A stretch of DNA of 60,582 nt, the filler included, from Porpidia crustulata (lineage: Eukaryota): assembly GCA_964255105.1 (NCBI GenBank). It is 5 parts of 5 records of this genome, joined end to end, with 100 filler letters (N's around TTAATTAATTAA, not from the genome) between each part and the next. Parts side by side here need not be neighbours in the genome. Positions count along the whole stretch, not along the records: positions 36,420 to 48,452 come from CAXUWE010000575.1; positions 48,553 to 60,582 come from CAXUWE010000576.1; 3 more parts are not named here. One strand, given 5' to 3'. This document shows positions 37,042 to 49,588 of the stretch, piece by piece. The first letter of the stretch is position 1, and the number at the start of each line of letters is the position of its first letter. The notes under the pieces are model-generated. The model worked only from the letters and a program-made list of their open reading frames with translations. It ran no database searches and was not told where the DNA came from. Position numbers and translations under genes: made by a program.

Positions 37042-38597
37042 TTAAGCCGTGTCGTTGCTAGGTCTTGACACACCGGTTGCGGTCGCTGTACTCGGCTGAT
37101 CGTTGTCCCAAGTCAAATAGGTGTGATCCCCAAGTTTCCTGAGAATCGGTGTTTAGTACTGCTGGCCAAGAGTTCGGATATGAACGTACCGTGGCTTTAT
37201 GAGATGTGTCACGGTGAACAAGGCACCGAGCACAATGCATAATCCACCCACGACGACATACGCGATGCCGAGAAATGGGTTCTTTCCGCCCATGACGGTC
37301 CGAGTGGATATGACAATGGATTTTGTGCCTCCATACTCAGTCACGGGGAAGTCTATGTAAAGTCAACAGGCGTCAGAAAACAAAGCCATGCCGCATACTC
37401 ATTTCAATGTCCACCCGATACATTCCACAAGCCATGGTCTGATTATCGTTTCGTTGAGCTAGCTTGGAGAAAGCGGGTAGACCAGCAGTCCTCATCCAGA
37501 CTTGAAAATGCTCATCGTCTTGTAACTGCGGTGGTGGGTTACTATCTGTGTATTCTCCAGATGGCCATCGCTCGACCCAATTCGGAGGTACGGCAATTTC
37601 ACTGTAGTTGTACTTCGTGGGGCCATATAGTTGTTTATCGCTGGCCCATGCGATTCCCTTGTTGGTCATGGAATATTCCTCGGTCTTGGAACCGCTTATT
37701 ATTCTCACCGGACTCGTAAATGTGTCGTTGAAGAACGAATTGGCGATAAGCCCGCATGGATAATAGGGTCTTCTCTTGTCATCAAGTTTCAGAGGATCGC
37801 AAGAACCGCCACCGATCGTGCCACTGGAGACAGCAGCACCTTGTAGCTGGTTGGTGTCGAGTGATTTGACATATCGGCGATGGTTCTGGTAGAAATTCGT
37901 CAAGCGGTAGTAGAATAGCACCGGGGGACCAATGTTTGCAGGTATAGTGAATGTCAAAGAACACATGGTGGTTGGGGTTTTCTTCGGTTCATCCAAGTTC
38001 TTCCCATAGTTGATGGTCGTAGTGTTCCGCTTCCACATCGGCTCAGTTGAAGTGCAATTTGTTGACTTGAAGTAGCTAGTCACTAATCCACTGGGCATTG
38101 GTTGAAAAGCGCCTGAATCATCACCCTCGGGGGCATCCGTGCCGCATTTGGAGTAATCAATAACGAGTTCTTGCACCTAAGTCTCAGGTTAACCCCGCTC
38201 TCTTCGAGGGCTGGCAGTGTTCCTCAGTCTCTTTTGGAGTATACTAACTTGCGCGCTGGCATATAGTAAGAGACCACCTATCGGCGCGAATATGATACCG
38301 ACAATGAAGAAGAGAGGGAGAACGGTTTTGGGAGTGAGAATCGGTCTGAACCGCGTCAGCGCATGCTAGTAACACTATGTGGTGCGGATTCTTGGGCACC
38401 CACTGCCATGCTTTTAATCTTTGCTGCCGGAAGGCGGTATCTGCACAGGAGATTCCATGTCAGACTCTTGAGTATTGATAACAGTGCAAGAGTGTAAATA
38501 TACTTGCTGGCCTTCTGCTCTTCACTTTCTTCTCCACCTCATTGCTGGGGTCTTGCCCATCTATGGAATCCGTATGGGCTGCTTGAGTCTGCGTCAT
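37042..38597 (-). CDS. CDC50: CDC50/LEM3 family P4-ATPase (phospholipid flippase) beta subunit; 6 exons
   Basis: [90 protein letters not shown] and [13 protein letters not shown] across five canonical introns. Confidence 0.93.
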
Positions 38598-39407
38598 GAC
38601 AAATCTTTGGTCCTCGCGAGGTCGTTGCAAGCTTACGGAGTTGAACTCTTTGATGCGGCTGCTGGCGGGACAGTCTGCTACAGTCGGCGTAGTTCACCGA
38701 CTACCAAATTTAGGTATTCGTAAGGCTGACGGCTAAGCCGCACTCTACTACGCTAGTCGCCTTAGTCATTCATCACATCCCTCCTCCCTGCCGTCAATTG
38801 ATGCAGGGCAATCACACCCGTTATTATGGTTCCAGATAGATTGTGGAAGAGTTGAACACCACACACGTCGGACAGGTCATATCCAATGGCTCATCAATCT
38901 GTAGCTCTTAAGTAATCGCATTGGACGCTATCACTAGGTTACCACAGGAAGGATATATCAAAATTGAGGCTAGATAAGACGTTCTGATAGTCGCCAAATT
39001 TCCCCCTACCCGACCCCCGATACCTTGCCATCCATAGGTAAGCCCAACCCAGCTAGCTGTTCATAAAACTATGGTTATGACTTGGAGGGCGCGCGCAGCC
39101 TGTCTCCAGTGGAGAAACTAAGGGTCGTGGTTCCAATGAGTATCTCGATTTCCACCATTATAATAAATCCCAAACTCCAATGCTATGCAATCTCGTCGCC
39201 ACGGGAGAGGGGTAACCGTAAAGTCAATGCATGCCGTAAGATAATCCAATACGCCAAAGAATAGATCAGCCTGCTGATCTGGTATGGTAAGTGGAGTGTC
39301 GTAAATAAATCGTGTCACACATAAGATGTTGCCAGTAATCTGTGATACAGTCGATCATGAATATCCGTACCGATGATAAATCCTTCAGCCAGTGAAGCTA
39401 AACAGAT

Positions 39408-40574
39408 TCATAGCCATTGTTGAAAGTAGCCTTTGCTGAACCAGCCTACTTTGTCATATGCAGTCCAAAGCTTACTGGCCTTGTTGACATCGATCTTGCA
39501 AGCCTGTTGAGCATCCGTCTTACGAAATTCCTTGCCAATTTTCAAGGCCTGTAGTCGAGCATCGAAGATGCGACGCTTGCTACAGAGATATGTAGCACAG
39601 CTCAAGCGTAACGTACCGGCCAGGTTGAACTCTGCCTCGTGAAGCAGATGCCGGTCTGGGTCATTTGTCAGATTGAGGATGTTGTTACTTGGCCAGTCAG
39701 CCTTAAGAATCTTCGAATTGCCTTTGGGAAGTGTCTCTGTAGACGGCGAATAGTCTGGCAAGGAATCGTAGTCAACATCTTCCGGGCGCTTTGTACCGGG
39801 TACACGGGTTTCTGGTGTTTGAGACCTTCCCTGAGGTGAATATAGTAGCTTCGCCATGGGAGACGACTTTGGAGTTCGCTTCATCCGTGGAAGTGGGGTC
39901 CCAGGTAAGGCAGCTTTGATGGCTCTCTTCTGTACCCTTGATGCTGGTGCTGGAGCAATGTTGACGTGAGGCAGAGCCTTCGTGCCAGGTCTCGCACAGA
40001 TACGCTTAGCTTTCCAATACTGATCTTCGGTCTCCTCGCGAGTTCTTTTCATGTAGGCGCCTGGATTCCGGTTGTAGCTGCGGCCAATGTTGGGTACACA
40101 CGACAAAGCCAAGAGATACTCGTCACGGGTGGGTCGGTTAATCTTTTCGTCGAACTTGGTCATGTGCATTGCCATGTGCTGCGATACAATTTCCTCGGCA
40201 GTCGTCATTGTCGACTCTGACGGAAATAAGGGCTGATCTGCTGAAAGGTCTGCCTGTAGATGACCTTCAGGATAGAGTACCGGATCCCTTGCCATTGTGC
40301 CTTCATCGCCTGCTTTTGCATTGTCTTTGTCGCTAGCTCTCTGCTTGAATGAATGATTGGGCCACGGTGATACAGGCGGCGATGGAAGGACTCTCATCTC
40401 AGCGTTTTGCGGTGACGAGCAATTGGAAATTGGGGGAAGGGTATTATCTGTTGTGAACGACGCCTCGGGTGTTGAGAACGGAGGTTGTGTGGAAAGGTTG
40501 GGCGGACTGAAGCTATCGAGAGATTTTGCCTCTGGAGGAGACATCAGGCTTAGAATCGATGGCAATCGTGTCAT
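39408..40574 (-). CDS. SWIRM-domain protein (Fun19/YOR338W-like)
   Basis: DPDRHLLHEAEFNLAGTLRLSCATYLCSKRRIF..FRKTDAQQACKIDVNKASKLWTAYDKVGWF. The start codon is uncertain. Confidence 0.9.
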   Translation of the reverse strand: MTRLPSILSLMSPPEAKSLDSFSPPNLSTQPPFSTPEASFTTDNTLPPISNCSSPQNAEMRVLPSPPVSPWPNHSFKQRASDKDNAKAGDEGTMARDPVLYPEGHLQADLSADQPLFPSESTMTTAEEIVSQHMAMHMTKFDEKINRPTRDEYLLALSCVPNIGRSYNRNPGAYMKRTREETEDQYWKAKRICARPGTKALPHVNIAPAPASRVQKRAIKAALPGTPLPRMKRTPKSSPMAKLLYSPQGRSQTPETRVPGTKRPEDVDYDSLPDYSPSTETLPKGNSKILKADWPSNNILNLTNDPDRHLLHEAEFNLAGTLRLSCATYLCSKRRIFDARLQALKIGKEFRKTDAQQACKIDVNKASKLWTAYDKVGWFSKGYFQQWL

Positions 40575-42728
40575 GATTGTCGAATTGATGTTGCTGGCGA
40601 TGTTTGTGACGCAATTGTGGGTTGAATGTATTGTGATAGTGGATGGATGATGGATAGAAAACGTTTAGGAACGCTTCGAATCCAATGGAAGGATGCGGGT
40701 CGTATTTGTCAGGCTATCGTGGATAGAAAAGAAGCGAGAAGGTAAGTGGCGATTGTAAGTTTGATGACTTTCGCAATCAGTCAATGGTATCAGTTTCAGG
40801 ATGATGGAGAATGCGGAAGGTGAAGTTGTCTTTGAGAGAATCGTTAGCAGTTCTGCGCAGCAGAAAAGTGTTGATTAAGAGTATAAAGGACAATAGGCAG
40901 TCATGGAAGGTGGCGGAAGAAGGAAGCGAAAACCTGAGTAATATCTGGGACACGGGTGAATTAAATGGAAGTCAGAAAGGTTGTGTCAAAAAGAAGGTGA
41001 CAAGGCAGCAGTCAGTCATCGTGTTAGGGTATGAATCAAGCGGAGGATGACTCTGTGGATTCCCTTATTCGATAGAGTCTTGCATGGGGGTGGATCAATT
41101 CAGAAGCAGATACACAATATCAAGCAGTCTGATCATGAGGCGAACGAAAGTGCACAAGGCATCAGGCCGGACATGACTTGGTCTTGGGGGGGGGGGTAAA
41201 GAACGGTGAATAAGGTAGGAAATCAGTAAGCGCCAATGGATTGATCAGCTGGCTTATTGAGCCCATGACCATTCATTGGTCAATTGGAAGGCCATTGGGT
41301 GGTGATGGGGCACAATAAGAAGAAGCGAAGCGAAGCACACTTGCGATCCTTCCAAACACGAGAACAAAGGGCAGGCGTAGTGCCACAATCAGGCATATGT
41401 GTTGAAGGCTGCCTATTTGGACAGGATGAAAATACGGAATAGATTAGTTGTCAAGAAGGACTCTAAGTGCTAGTGCAAGCAAGTAGTCACGTAGTGGAAG
41501 TGAGTCAATCGATTAAAGACGGACCGACTAGGCTGTGATAGGCATTAGCTCCGCCCTCCTTCCTCGGCATAAACGAACGCCCCACCAAGGGCTGTACCTT
41601 AACACCTTAAATCAGGTAAGACATGACAGAAGAAGGGTCCAATCGCATTGCATCAACGCCACGCGGCACTGCTGGGATGACTGTCGCCCGATGTACGTAC
41701 TAATGCCTGATGCATAAGAGCCAGAAGGAGAGGTAGAAGGCAGACACGATAATTCCTGGACGGGAACAGATATTACAATAGTCGAAAGCATCTCTCAATT
41801 TCCACCGCATTCTGTGCATCAGTGGAAGTCATCATCAATTGATCAAATCAGATGCGGTGTGCACAGTGGTCGCCATCGTTATCTCCGGTATTAATCGCCG
41901 CAGTCGGCCACTTGACGTCGTCATCTAGAACCGGAGAATCGGTGCAACCCTGGCTGGTGTCATCTGCTCCGTCGACCACGGTTAACCAAAGGTCATCCAT
42001 CCACCTCACACTCGAAAACATGCTTTCATCGCAATACATACGATGCTAACCAGAACACGCGATCTCTCGTCTGTCTTATCTGATAGCGAGACAGCATTCT
42101 TCTCAATTCCAGTTGCTGGCTGTCACACCTCATTCCGCCACCGTAGTGCAATCCTCCCCCCATCCATTGACTCTGTTCAATGGATCATCACCTTATTTAT
42201 CGTGCGACAGTCTGCGTAGTCTTCGCCAGACGCTCAATTATCCGGCTTGACTGCGTCCAGCTGCAATGCATCTGATCGGTCTTGCAAGTCTGTGCGCATT
42301 CTCCCATGTCATGGCTGATGCACGGACGTGAGCAGACGTTGTCCCGCCATGAACTCTCGAGCCTTCGTCTTACAGCGCAAATGTGCTATCGGCAGGTCGT
42401 GCGCAGACATTTACCGCATTAGCTGTGTCTCAACCCTTTGATTCAAATCATCGGTATCGAGAACATGATGGATAAAGGATCGAAATGTTGAAGAACGGGT
42501 GGCAAAGATTCGTACATTGGCCACTTAATATGATGACGCAAAGCTCTGACTCAATACCCCTCTCGGTCTCGAAGCTTTTGCTGTGGGCATCGTGCTTGGC
42601 TCACTCGGTTCGCTTCAATGTGCGGTATTCTATTATCAAGCGGACCGCCTGTGGTTCTAGTTTGCTTCATGTAGAGTTGCTCTACGGGCGAGGAACTTGT
42701 AAGGCATTGACCTTTAATCTGAGTGGGC

Positions 42729-44083
42729 CTATGCTAGAAGGATTTCATAGCCATCCTTTTGAATTCTTATAGCTTCTACTTCATTGCCATAGCGTCTCCG
42801 GACCAGCTCGAAAATGACAAGCCCTGCGCTAGTGCTTGGGACCTGCTTTAGGGTATTCCACAAGAAACCCCTATACAGCCATTGCCTCCACCCTCCGAAA
42901 CGCACGGCCCTGACCACGCATCGCTCGTAAGTCTTTTGATATGCCGCGTAGTAATGGTGTAGCATTTCCAAATTCGAATGGGCAAGCTTTGCTTGCTTGT
43001 CCAAATTTGCTAAAGATCCGTGGTGGATGCTCTGTATCAAGGTGATTGGGTGCTGTACGATCTGTTGGGCCACAGACGCCGCGATACCTGCAAGCATGAG
43101 GAAGGTCGGCTCCAAGGCATAATGAGGTTTAATAAGCGTGATGCCGTTTCGCTTGGTTGCTTCGATACAAGATTCGGACCCAAGGTATGGGGATCTGGGA
43201 CCGCCGTAATAAGCCGTCACAAAGTTATAGTAGCCCTGAGCCTTGACATATTCAAAGGTTGCAAAGAATAGAGCATAGCCCAAAGAGTCTTTCACAAAGG
43301 AGAGACCCCAACCGGCGAAAGCACCTCGAGCGCCTATCTCCTTCAACCTACTGTGGCCATAGTGCCACATGCTCCTGTACCTGCCCTCCAGGATCTCGCT
43401 TGTGCGAAAGCGGACTTGAAGAGCGTCAAGTGGAGCTGCTACGATTGACTGGATCGTACCGGCTACAAAGCCAGCAGTGAAGGTAGTCAGTATAGGAGGA
43501 GCTGGATAGACTCGTTTCAACGATTGTGAAGATGGCTTGTGGAATAGGGCCAGCGTTTGGAGGTAAGAGGTGTAAAGTACCGCTCCAACGCTGCACGGCG
43601 TCAGTAAATCTACGATATTTTGTAATTATTGGCTTTCTTTACCCAACGTTAGCAAGCAATGGTGGAAGTACATGGCTTGGTATAAATTTGAGTCCCTGGA
43701 CCCGTACAGCATGTGCCAGAAGGCCAGGAGTGCTCATCCGCCAGGACCAGGCTTCATTGGCTTGGGCGCGAGGATTGATAGCTTTGGCGAAAGCCTAGAC
43801 TAGGTTCAGCAGGTTTAACCCGTCCAGCTGAAGGAGAAAGTACCAAATAACTACAGACAATGAGCTCAAGTGCTCAGACATAATAACTTAATCCTGGGAC
43901 TCACTCCACACGAGTACGAAAAAAAGCCTTTGCAGGAGCTCGGAAGTAGAAGGCAATCAACTGAGATCCAACAGCGCGTACGCCAGCAGCAGAAGCTCCC
44001 GTTGCCGCGTTACTCTTTCGGTCTCGTGTTTGCGTCTGTGGTCTGTGATCAGTGGAGGGTTGGGCCTGCGTTGCGAGGCCCAT
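42729..44083 (-). CDS. Mitochondrial carrier family-like protein; 4 exons including a 7-nt microexon
   Basis: FYFRAPAKAFFRTRVDYL, AGFVAGTIQSIVAAPLDALQVRF (PxDxxxxR carrier signature), KDSLGYALFFATFEYVK, LYRGF..QVPSTSAGLVIFE. Confidence 0.85.
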
Positions 44084-44434
44084 GTTGATATGCTTATCTT
44101 GTAGTACGCAATGCGTAGATCCATTACGATGTTCATCTCGTAAGTAAAAGCACTGTACACATATTGTAGTTTAATGCGAATACCGCTGAGCTTAGAGCAA
44201 ATTGTTCCAGATAGCATGTGCCTTATGTTATAGTATTCAATCAAAGATTAAAGCGTCTTAGACCACGCGAGGCTTGTATAGCCCGATAAGGCAATTTATT
44301 ACGCTTGAGCCTAACCTGATCTGTACCCACTTTAACGCGTTGCGCGGCTCTTTACTTTTCCTTACGCAAGTTGCGCTTCGCCATCACCTTTCTTGTCTGC
44401 TCCCTCAAGCTTCCAACAACAACGATCTGAAAGC

Positions 44435-47400
44435 ATGGCTGATGAAGTTAAGATTGACAAGCAGGTCTTCCATGATCGCCTGTCGCATTTTATCTCAGCA
44501 TGGAAAGCCGACAAGAGATCAAACGACGCGTTATTTGCAGGCGTTGGATCAATAGTGCTGCTTATGGGCAAGAATGAGGGTAATGTCACATTTCAAAAAA
44601 ACAACGCGATGCATGTATGCTTGAAATCTGAGGCCCTATATAGCCTTTGGAGGCTAATGAGGATCATAATCTGTAGTTCTGGCTTCTAGGATACGAGTTT
44701 CCAGCAACACTGATGGTCTTTACTACAGAGGCACTCTACATTGTCACAACTGCTAAGAAAGGTACAAATCTTGGGACTTCGGGGTTTCTAGGCAATCACG
44801 CTGACTCACTCGTGACAAAAGCGAAACACCTTGAGCCCTTAAAGGGCGGCAAGGTACCCGTCGAGATTCTGGTTCGCAATCCAAAAGACGCAGAGCAGAA
44901 CAACAGGCATTTTGAAAAATGCTTGGATTTGATCAAAGGGGCGGGTGTATGTCAGACGGAGATCTGCTGCGATAGAGCCTGACTAATATATGAACAGAAG
45001 AAGGTTGGGACTATCGCGAAGGACACTTCAACCGGCCCGTTTATTGAAGAATGGAAGAAGGCGTTTGGGGATATCTCAAAAGAGGTGGAGGAGGTTGACA
45101 TCACATTAGCAACTTCATCAGCTGCATTGGCGATCAAGGACGAAAACGAGCTAGTAAGCTAATGTGCGACATGACATAATATGAAGTTGCTAATATAGAG
45201 CAGCGCTCTATGCGCAACTCGTCAAGAGCATGCACCGGACTTATAGCTGAATTCTTCGTCGAAGAGATGTCAGAAATATTGGATGGAGAAAAGAAAGTGA
45301 CTCATAAAGAACTAGCTGAGAGAATTGACAAGAAGATAGACGATTCGAAGTTTTTCCAGAACCTCAAATCTAAGCTTCCAGCAGACTTTGATGCAACCCA
45401 GCTGGATTGGATATATGGGCCTCTGGTGCAAAGTGGAGGTAATTACGACTTGAAATTGACTGCTCAATGCGACACCAACGCTCTACATGCTGGGACTATC
45501 ATTGCGGGACTAGGCCTTCGTTACAAGAGCTATTGTTCGATAGTAGCTCGCACATATCTGGTGGATCCTAACGAGTCGCAAGAGAGCAACTACAAGCTCC
45601 TATTGGCCGTACACGAAGCAATGATGAAGGATGCTCGTGAGGGTGTTGTAGTGAAAGATCTTTATAACAAAGCTCTCGGCATCATCAAGACCAAGAAACC
45701 AGAGATGGAAAAACACTTCCTTAAGAATGCTGGCGGGGGCATTGGTATAGAAACTCGAGACAATACCTTGAATATTAACTCGAAGAATACCAGGACACTG
45801 AGGGATGGTATGACATTATGCATCTCAACCGGCTTTGCTGATATAGAAAACCTGGATCCGCAAGATAAGAAAAGCAAAATGTATTCATTGCTAGTATCTG
45901 ATACCATTCGCATTCGAAGAGACCAGGATCCGGCGAATTTCACAAGCTCTGCACCTTCTGACCTCGGGTCGACATCGTTCTTCTTCAAAGACGACGAGGA
46001 AGAAGAGCAAGCTCAGAAAAGTAAAAGCAAGAAAGATCCCAAAGTTGGCGCGGTTGCCGCCTCAAATATAACGAAGACGAAGCTTCGAGCAGAACGGACG
46101 ACTCAAATTGATGATGGCGCTGAAGCTCGGCGACGGGACCATCAGAAAGAGCTTGCTCAAAGAAAGCAAAATGAAGGTCTGGCACAGTATTCCCAAGCGA
46201 CGGGTACCGAGAATGGCGTAGCGCAAAAGAAGTTCAAGAAGTTTGAGTCTTACAAGCGCGATAACCAATTTCCATCGCGGGTTAAAGATCTAATGATCGT
46301 GGTAGACTCTAAAGCAGCTACGGTTGTTTTGCCAATCATGGGCCGACCGGTACCGTTTCATATCAACACCATCAAGAATGCTAGTAAGAGCGATGAAGGG
46401 GAATTCGCTTATCTTCGAATCAACTTTCTGTCTCCAGGCCAAGGTGTCGGTAGGAAAGATGATCACCCATTTGAGGACGCAACAGCACATTTTGTGCGCA
46501 GTCTTACCTTCAGGTCGAAGGACGGAGATCGTATGCAGGACATATCACAGCAAATCACTGAGCTGAGAAAGAATTCTGTCAGAAAGGAGCAAGAAAAGAA
46601 AGAACTTGAAGACGTGGTGGAGCAGGACAAACTCATCGAGATCCGAAGTAAGTTTTCAGTCCTGGTTTTGACTGATGACGGCTAACGTTCGATTAGCTCG
46701 TAAGTACGAGCGACTAGACAATGTCTTTGTTCGACCAGGTCTGGACGGCAAGCGGATCTCCGGAGAGGTTGATATCCATCAGAATGGTCTTCGATACGCC
46801 GATCACCGAGGAAGTAAAATCGATATCCTGTTTAGCAACATCAAGCATCTGTTCTTCCAACCATGCACGCATGAGCTGATTGTGATCATCCACGTCCACC
46901 TAAAGAATCCGATCATGATTGGGAAAAAGAAGGCGAAAGACGTTCAATTCTATCGCGAAGCCACTGACATGCAGTTTGATGAGACAGGAAATCGCAAGCG
47001 CAAGCACAGATATGGCGATGAAGAAGAGTTTGAGCAGGAGCAAGAAGAACGGAGACGACGAGCCCAGCTCGATAAGCAATTCAAGATCTTTGCCGAGAAG
47101 GTCCAAGTCTCTGGTCAAGAGGAAGTCAGCGGAGTCGATATTCCTTTCAGAGAGCTCGGATTTCAAGGCGTTCCCCATCGTTCCAACGTGTATATGCAGC
47201 CTACCACCGACTGTTTGGTTCAACTTACGGAGCCGCCCTTCACGGTCCTTACCCTAGAAGACATTGAAATTGCCCACCTAGAGCGTGTACAGTTCGGCTT
47301 GAAGAACTTTGACATGGTGATCGTTTTCAAAGACTTCCATCGCCCCCCAGCCCACATCAATACCATCCCAGTCGAAGCTCTCGAACAAGTGAAGGACTGG

Positions 47401-47784
47401 CTCGACTCGGTCAACATCGCTTACACGGAAGGCCCCCTCAATCTCAACTGGCCCACCATCATGAAAACCATCACCACGGACTCTCACACCTTTTTCGTTG
47501 ACGGCGGATGGTCGTTCCTGGCCGCCGAATCCGACGACGAAGATGCCGATGAGGAGGAAGAGGAGAGCGCGTTCGAGATGAGCGACAGCGAGGTCATGGC
47601 GTCGGAAGCGTCGTCGGAGGACGAGAGCGATTTCGACGATGACGCGTCGGCGGACGAAGGGGACGCGAGCTTGGATGAGGAGAGCGGAGGTGAAGATTGG
47701 GACGAGCTAGAGAAAAAGGCGAAAAAGAAGGATCGTGAGGGCGGGTTGGAGGACGAGGATACAGGGAAGAAGCGGAAGAGGTAG
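44435..47784 (+). CDS. SPT16: FACT complex subunit Spt16
   Basis: [102 protein letters not shown], acidic tail and GKKRKR. About five introns. Confidence 0.97.
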
Positions 47785-48123
47785 GGGGTCTTTCTGGTAG
47801 GAGTTGGATCAGCTTGCGGAAAATCTTTTTGCTCTGGACGTTTATTTGATGGCGAGCGTTGCATCACAGATTTTATCAAAATTGGATCTCGGACAGCAAA
47901 GGAAGCGAGATGGTAGGTTAGCATTGTTAGCGGGGCGGCATCTTGCGCAGGCGATTCGGGGGGGGGTCGATGCCATATCTGCCCAGTTCTCCACTGCTCA
48001 GCAATTCATCCGCGCCAGGGGACTTTCGGACACCCGCACCTTGATCGCCGCCGTGGCACGATGACCTGTACTCCGTTGTCTGTCATTGCTTGCGCTTGAG
48101 ATGCTTTTTCTTGGGTCCCTTCG

Positions 48124-48163
48124 TCTCTCTCCGTCTCTCTCTATCTCTCTCCCTCTCTCTCCC
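48124..48163. repeat. Imperfect (CT)n microsatellite
   Basis: tctctctccgtctctctctatctctctccctctctctccc. Confidence 0.7.
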
Positions 48164-48452
48164 TGTATATCATTCATTCACCACAACCCAATCCACAACC
48201 TCCATTCCTTCAACCTCGTCATCAACTCCTCTCAATACCTCAATCCCAACGCAGGCAATTCCGCGCTCAAAGCGTCTGAGCCGATACCCATAAGAACCTG
48301 CCCGGCGTTGTAGATCGATGCTTGGTTTTCTAAATTTGACGGGGATCTTTCCCCACCCCGAGGCTGCAGCAAAGTGAGAGTAGCGGGGAGGGGGAGGAGA
48401 TCGAAACAGCCAGATCAATCGCAACGACCCCTTTTCAAGAGCCCCAATCATC

Positions 48453-48552
48453 NNNNNNNNNNNNNNNNNNNNNNNNNNNNNNNNNNNNNNNNNNNNTTAA
48501 TTAATTAANNNNNNNNNNNNNNNNNNNNNNNNNNNNNNNNNNNNNNNNNNNN
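48453..48552. other. Artificial contig-join spacer
   Basis: N44-TTAATTAATTAA-N44. Confidence 0.98.
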
Positions 48553-48558
48553 ATCCCA

Positions 48559-49356
48559 TCAATCCCACGGCGCGCCCGCGACTCCAGGAGGCCGCCGATA
48601 ATTCAAACCCCAATTATTAAGCGATCTGCATTTCGTATACCACTCCGTCATGACATTCTGATACGGCACCTTCATCCAGCCCACATCACGCTCGCTCACC
48701 CCTTCGATCATCGGGCCGCCGGACCCGCCGCCCTCGCTCCGCCCGAGGTACCAGGATTTGTCAATCAGCCGGACCCAGCCTTTGGTCGTGGTATCGAGAT
48801 CCGGCGGGGCGGGTGCGTCGTGAACGACGGAGTGCAAGGCCGACGCATCTACTTGTACGGCGAAGCGGTAGCGTGGGGAGCGGCCGATGCCGACCCTGCT
48901 CCCGCTTCCGCTGCCGCCATCTTCCAGCTGCTGCTGCTGCTCGGTACGGTACGCCGTTGAGGACCATTGTTGGAAGTGCTGGCGAATTGTATTCGTACTG
49001 GCGTTGTCGAAGAGCGCCCGGTCCTCGAACACGGTGAGGTTGAATTTTTCCAGAATGTCGCCGCCGTGGAAGTAGTCGAACATGTCTTGCATTTGGAAGT
49101 GCAAGCGCCGGAGAAACCCGGCCCAGTCGGCGTCGCTGGCGTAGGTGGTGCGGTAGATGACGAAGCCCCAGGTCCTGTGGTTGTCGTCCTGGAGCTGCCG
49201 CTCGATCAGGTCGGCAGCGTTATTTTGCCATGACATGTCGGGGTTGCGCTGCGACGGTGATCGGATCCCGCGACGTATTCCTTCCAGCGAGGCGGTATCA
49301 GCCTGGAGCTGAGTATCCTGGGACGGATCATAAGGCGGATTCTGAAGCGGATTCAT
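48559..49356 (-). CDS. Conserved fungal hypothetical protein with a WGFVIYRTTY..W..F motif
   Basis: 265-aa intronless ORF with GC-rich coding-like composition. The motif TWGFVIYRTTYASDADWAGFLRRL and C-terminal DVGWMKV resemble a widespread fungal family of unknown function. The start could be an internal Met (MSWQNN). Confidence 0.75.
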   Translation of the reverse strand: MNPLQNPPYDPSQDTQLQADTASLEGIRRGIRSPSQRNPDMSWQNNAADLIERQLQDDNHRTWGFVIYRTTYASDADWAGFLRRLHFQMQDMFDYFHGGDILEKFNLTVFEDRALFDNASTNTIRQHFQQWSSTAYRTEQQQQLEDGGSGSGSRVGIGRSPRYRFAVQVDASALHSVVHDAPAPPDLDTTTKGWVRLIDKSWYLGRSEGGGSGGPMIEGVSERDVGWMKVPYQNVMTEWYTKCRSLNNWGLNYRRPPGVAGAPWD

Positions 49357-49588
49357 TGAAACACTCGAGGAGAATTGTATGCGTTCCTGATGCTGATCAG
49401 GACATCTTTAAACAAACAGAATTGTGTCCTACTGCGGCAGTGGCTGAGGGCAGCAGGTTGTCAATTGTCGGAGGTTTGAAGGTTAGATGTATTTACTTAT
49501 TACCAATGCGGAATCATATGCAGATCAGTGAACCCCACTACGGTAGATTGCGTCACGGACATGGCCCACCAAACATCCTCACAGTTCC

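Noticed and set aside
40575..42728. 2.1-kb gene-free region upstream of the SWIRM gene with a long G run near 41186 and short ORFs
   Set aside because: Consistent with a long 5' UTR or promoter of a regulatory gene; no ncRNA or tRNA structure could be supported.
48230..48452. Possible terminal exon on the minus strand (...NQASIYNAGQVLMGIGSDALSAELPALGLRY-stop) at the end of contig 4
   Set aside because: Protein-like but short, truncated by the spacer and not assignable to a family; not enough support to list as a feature.
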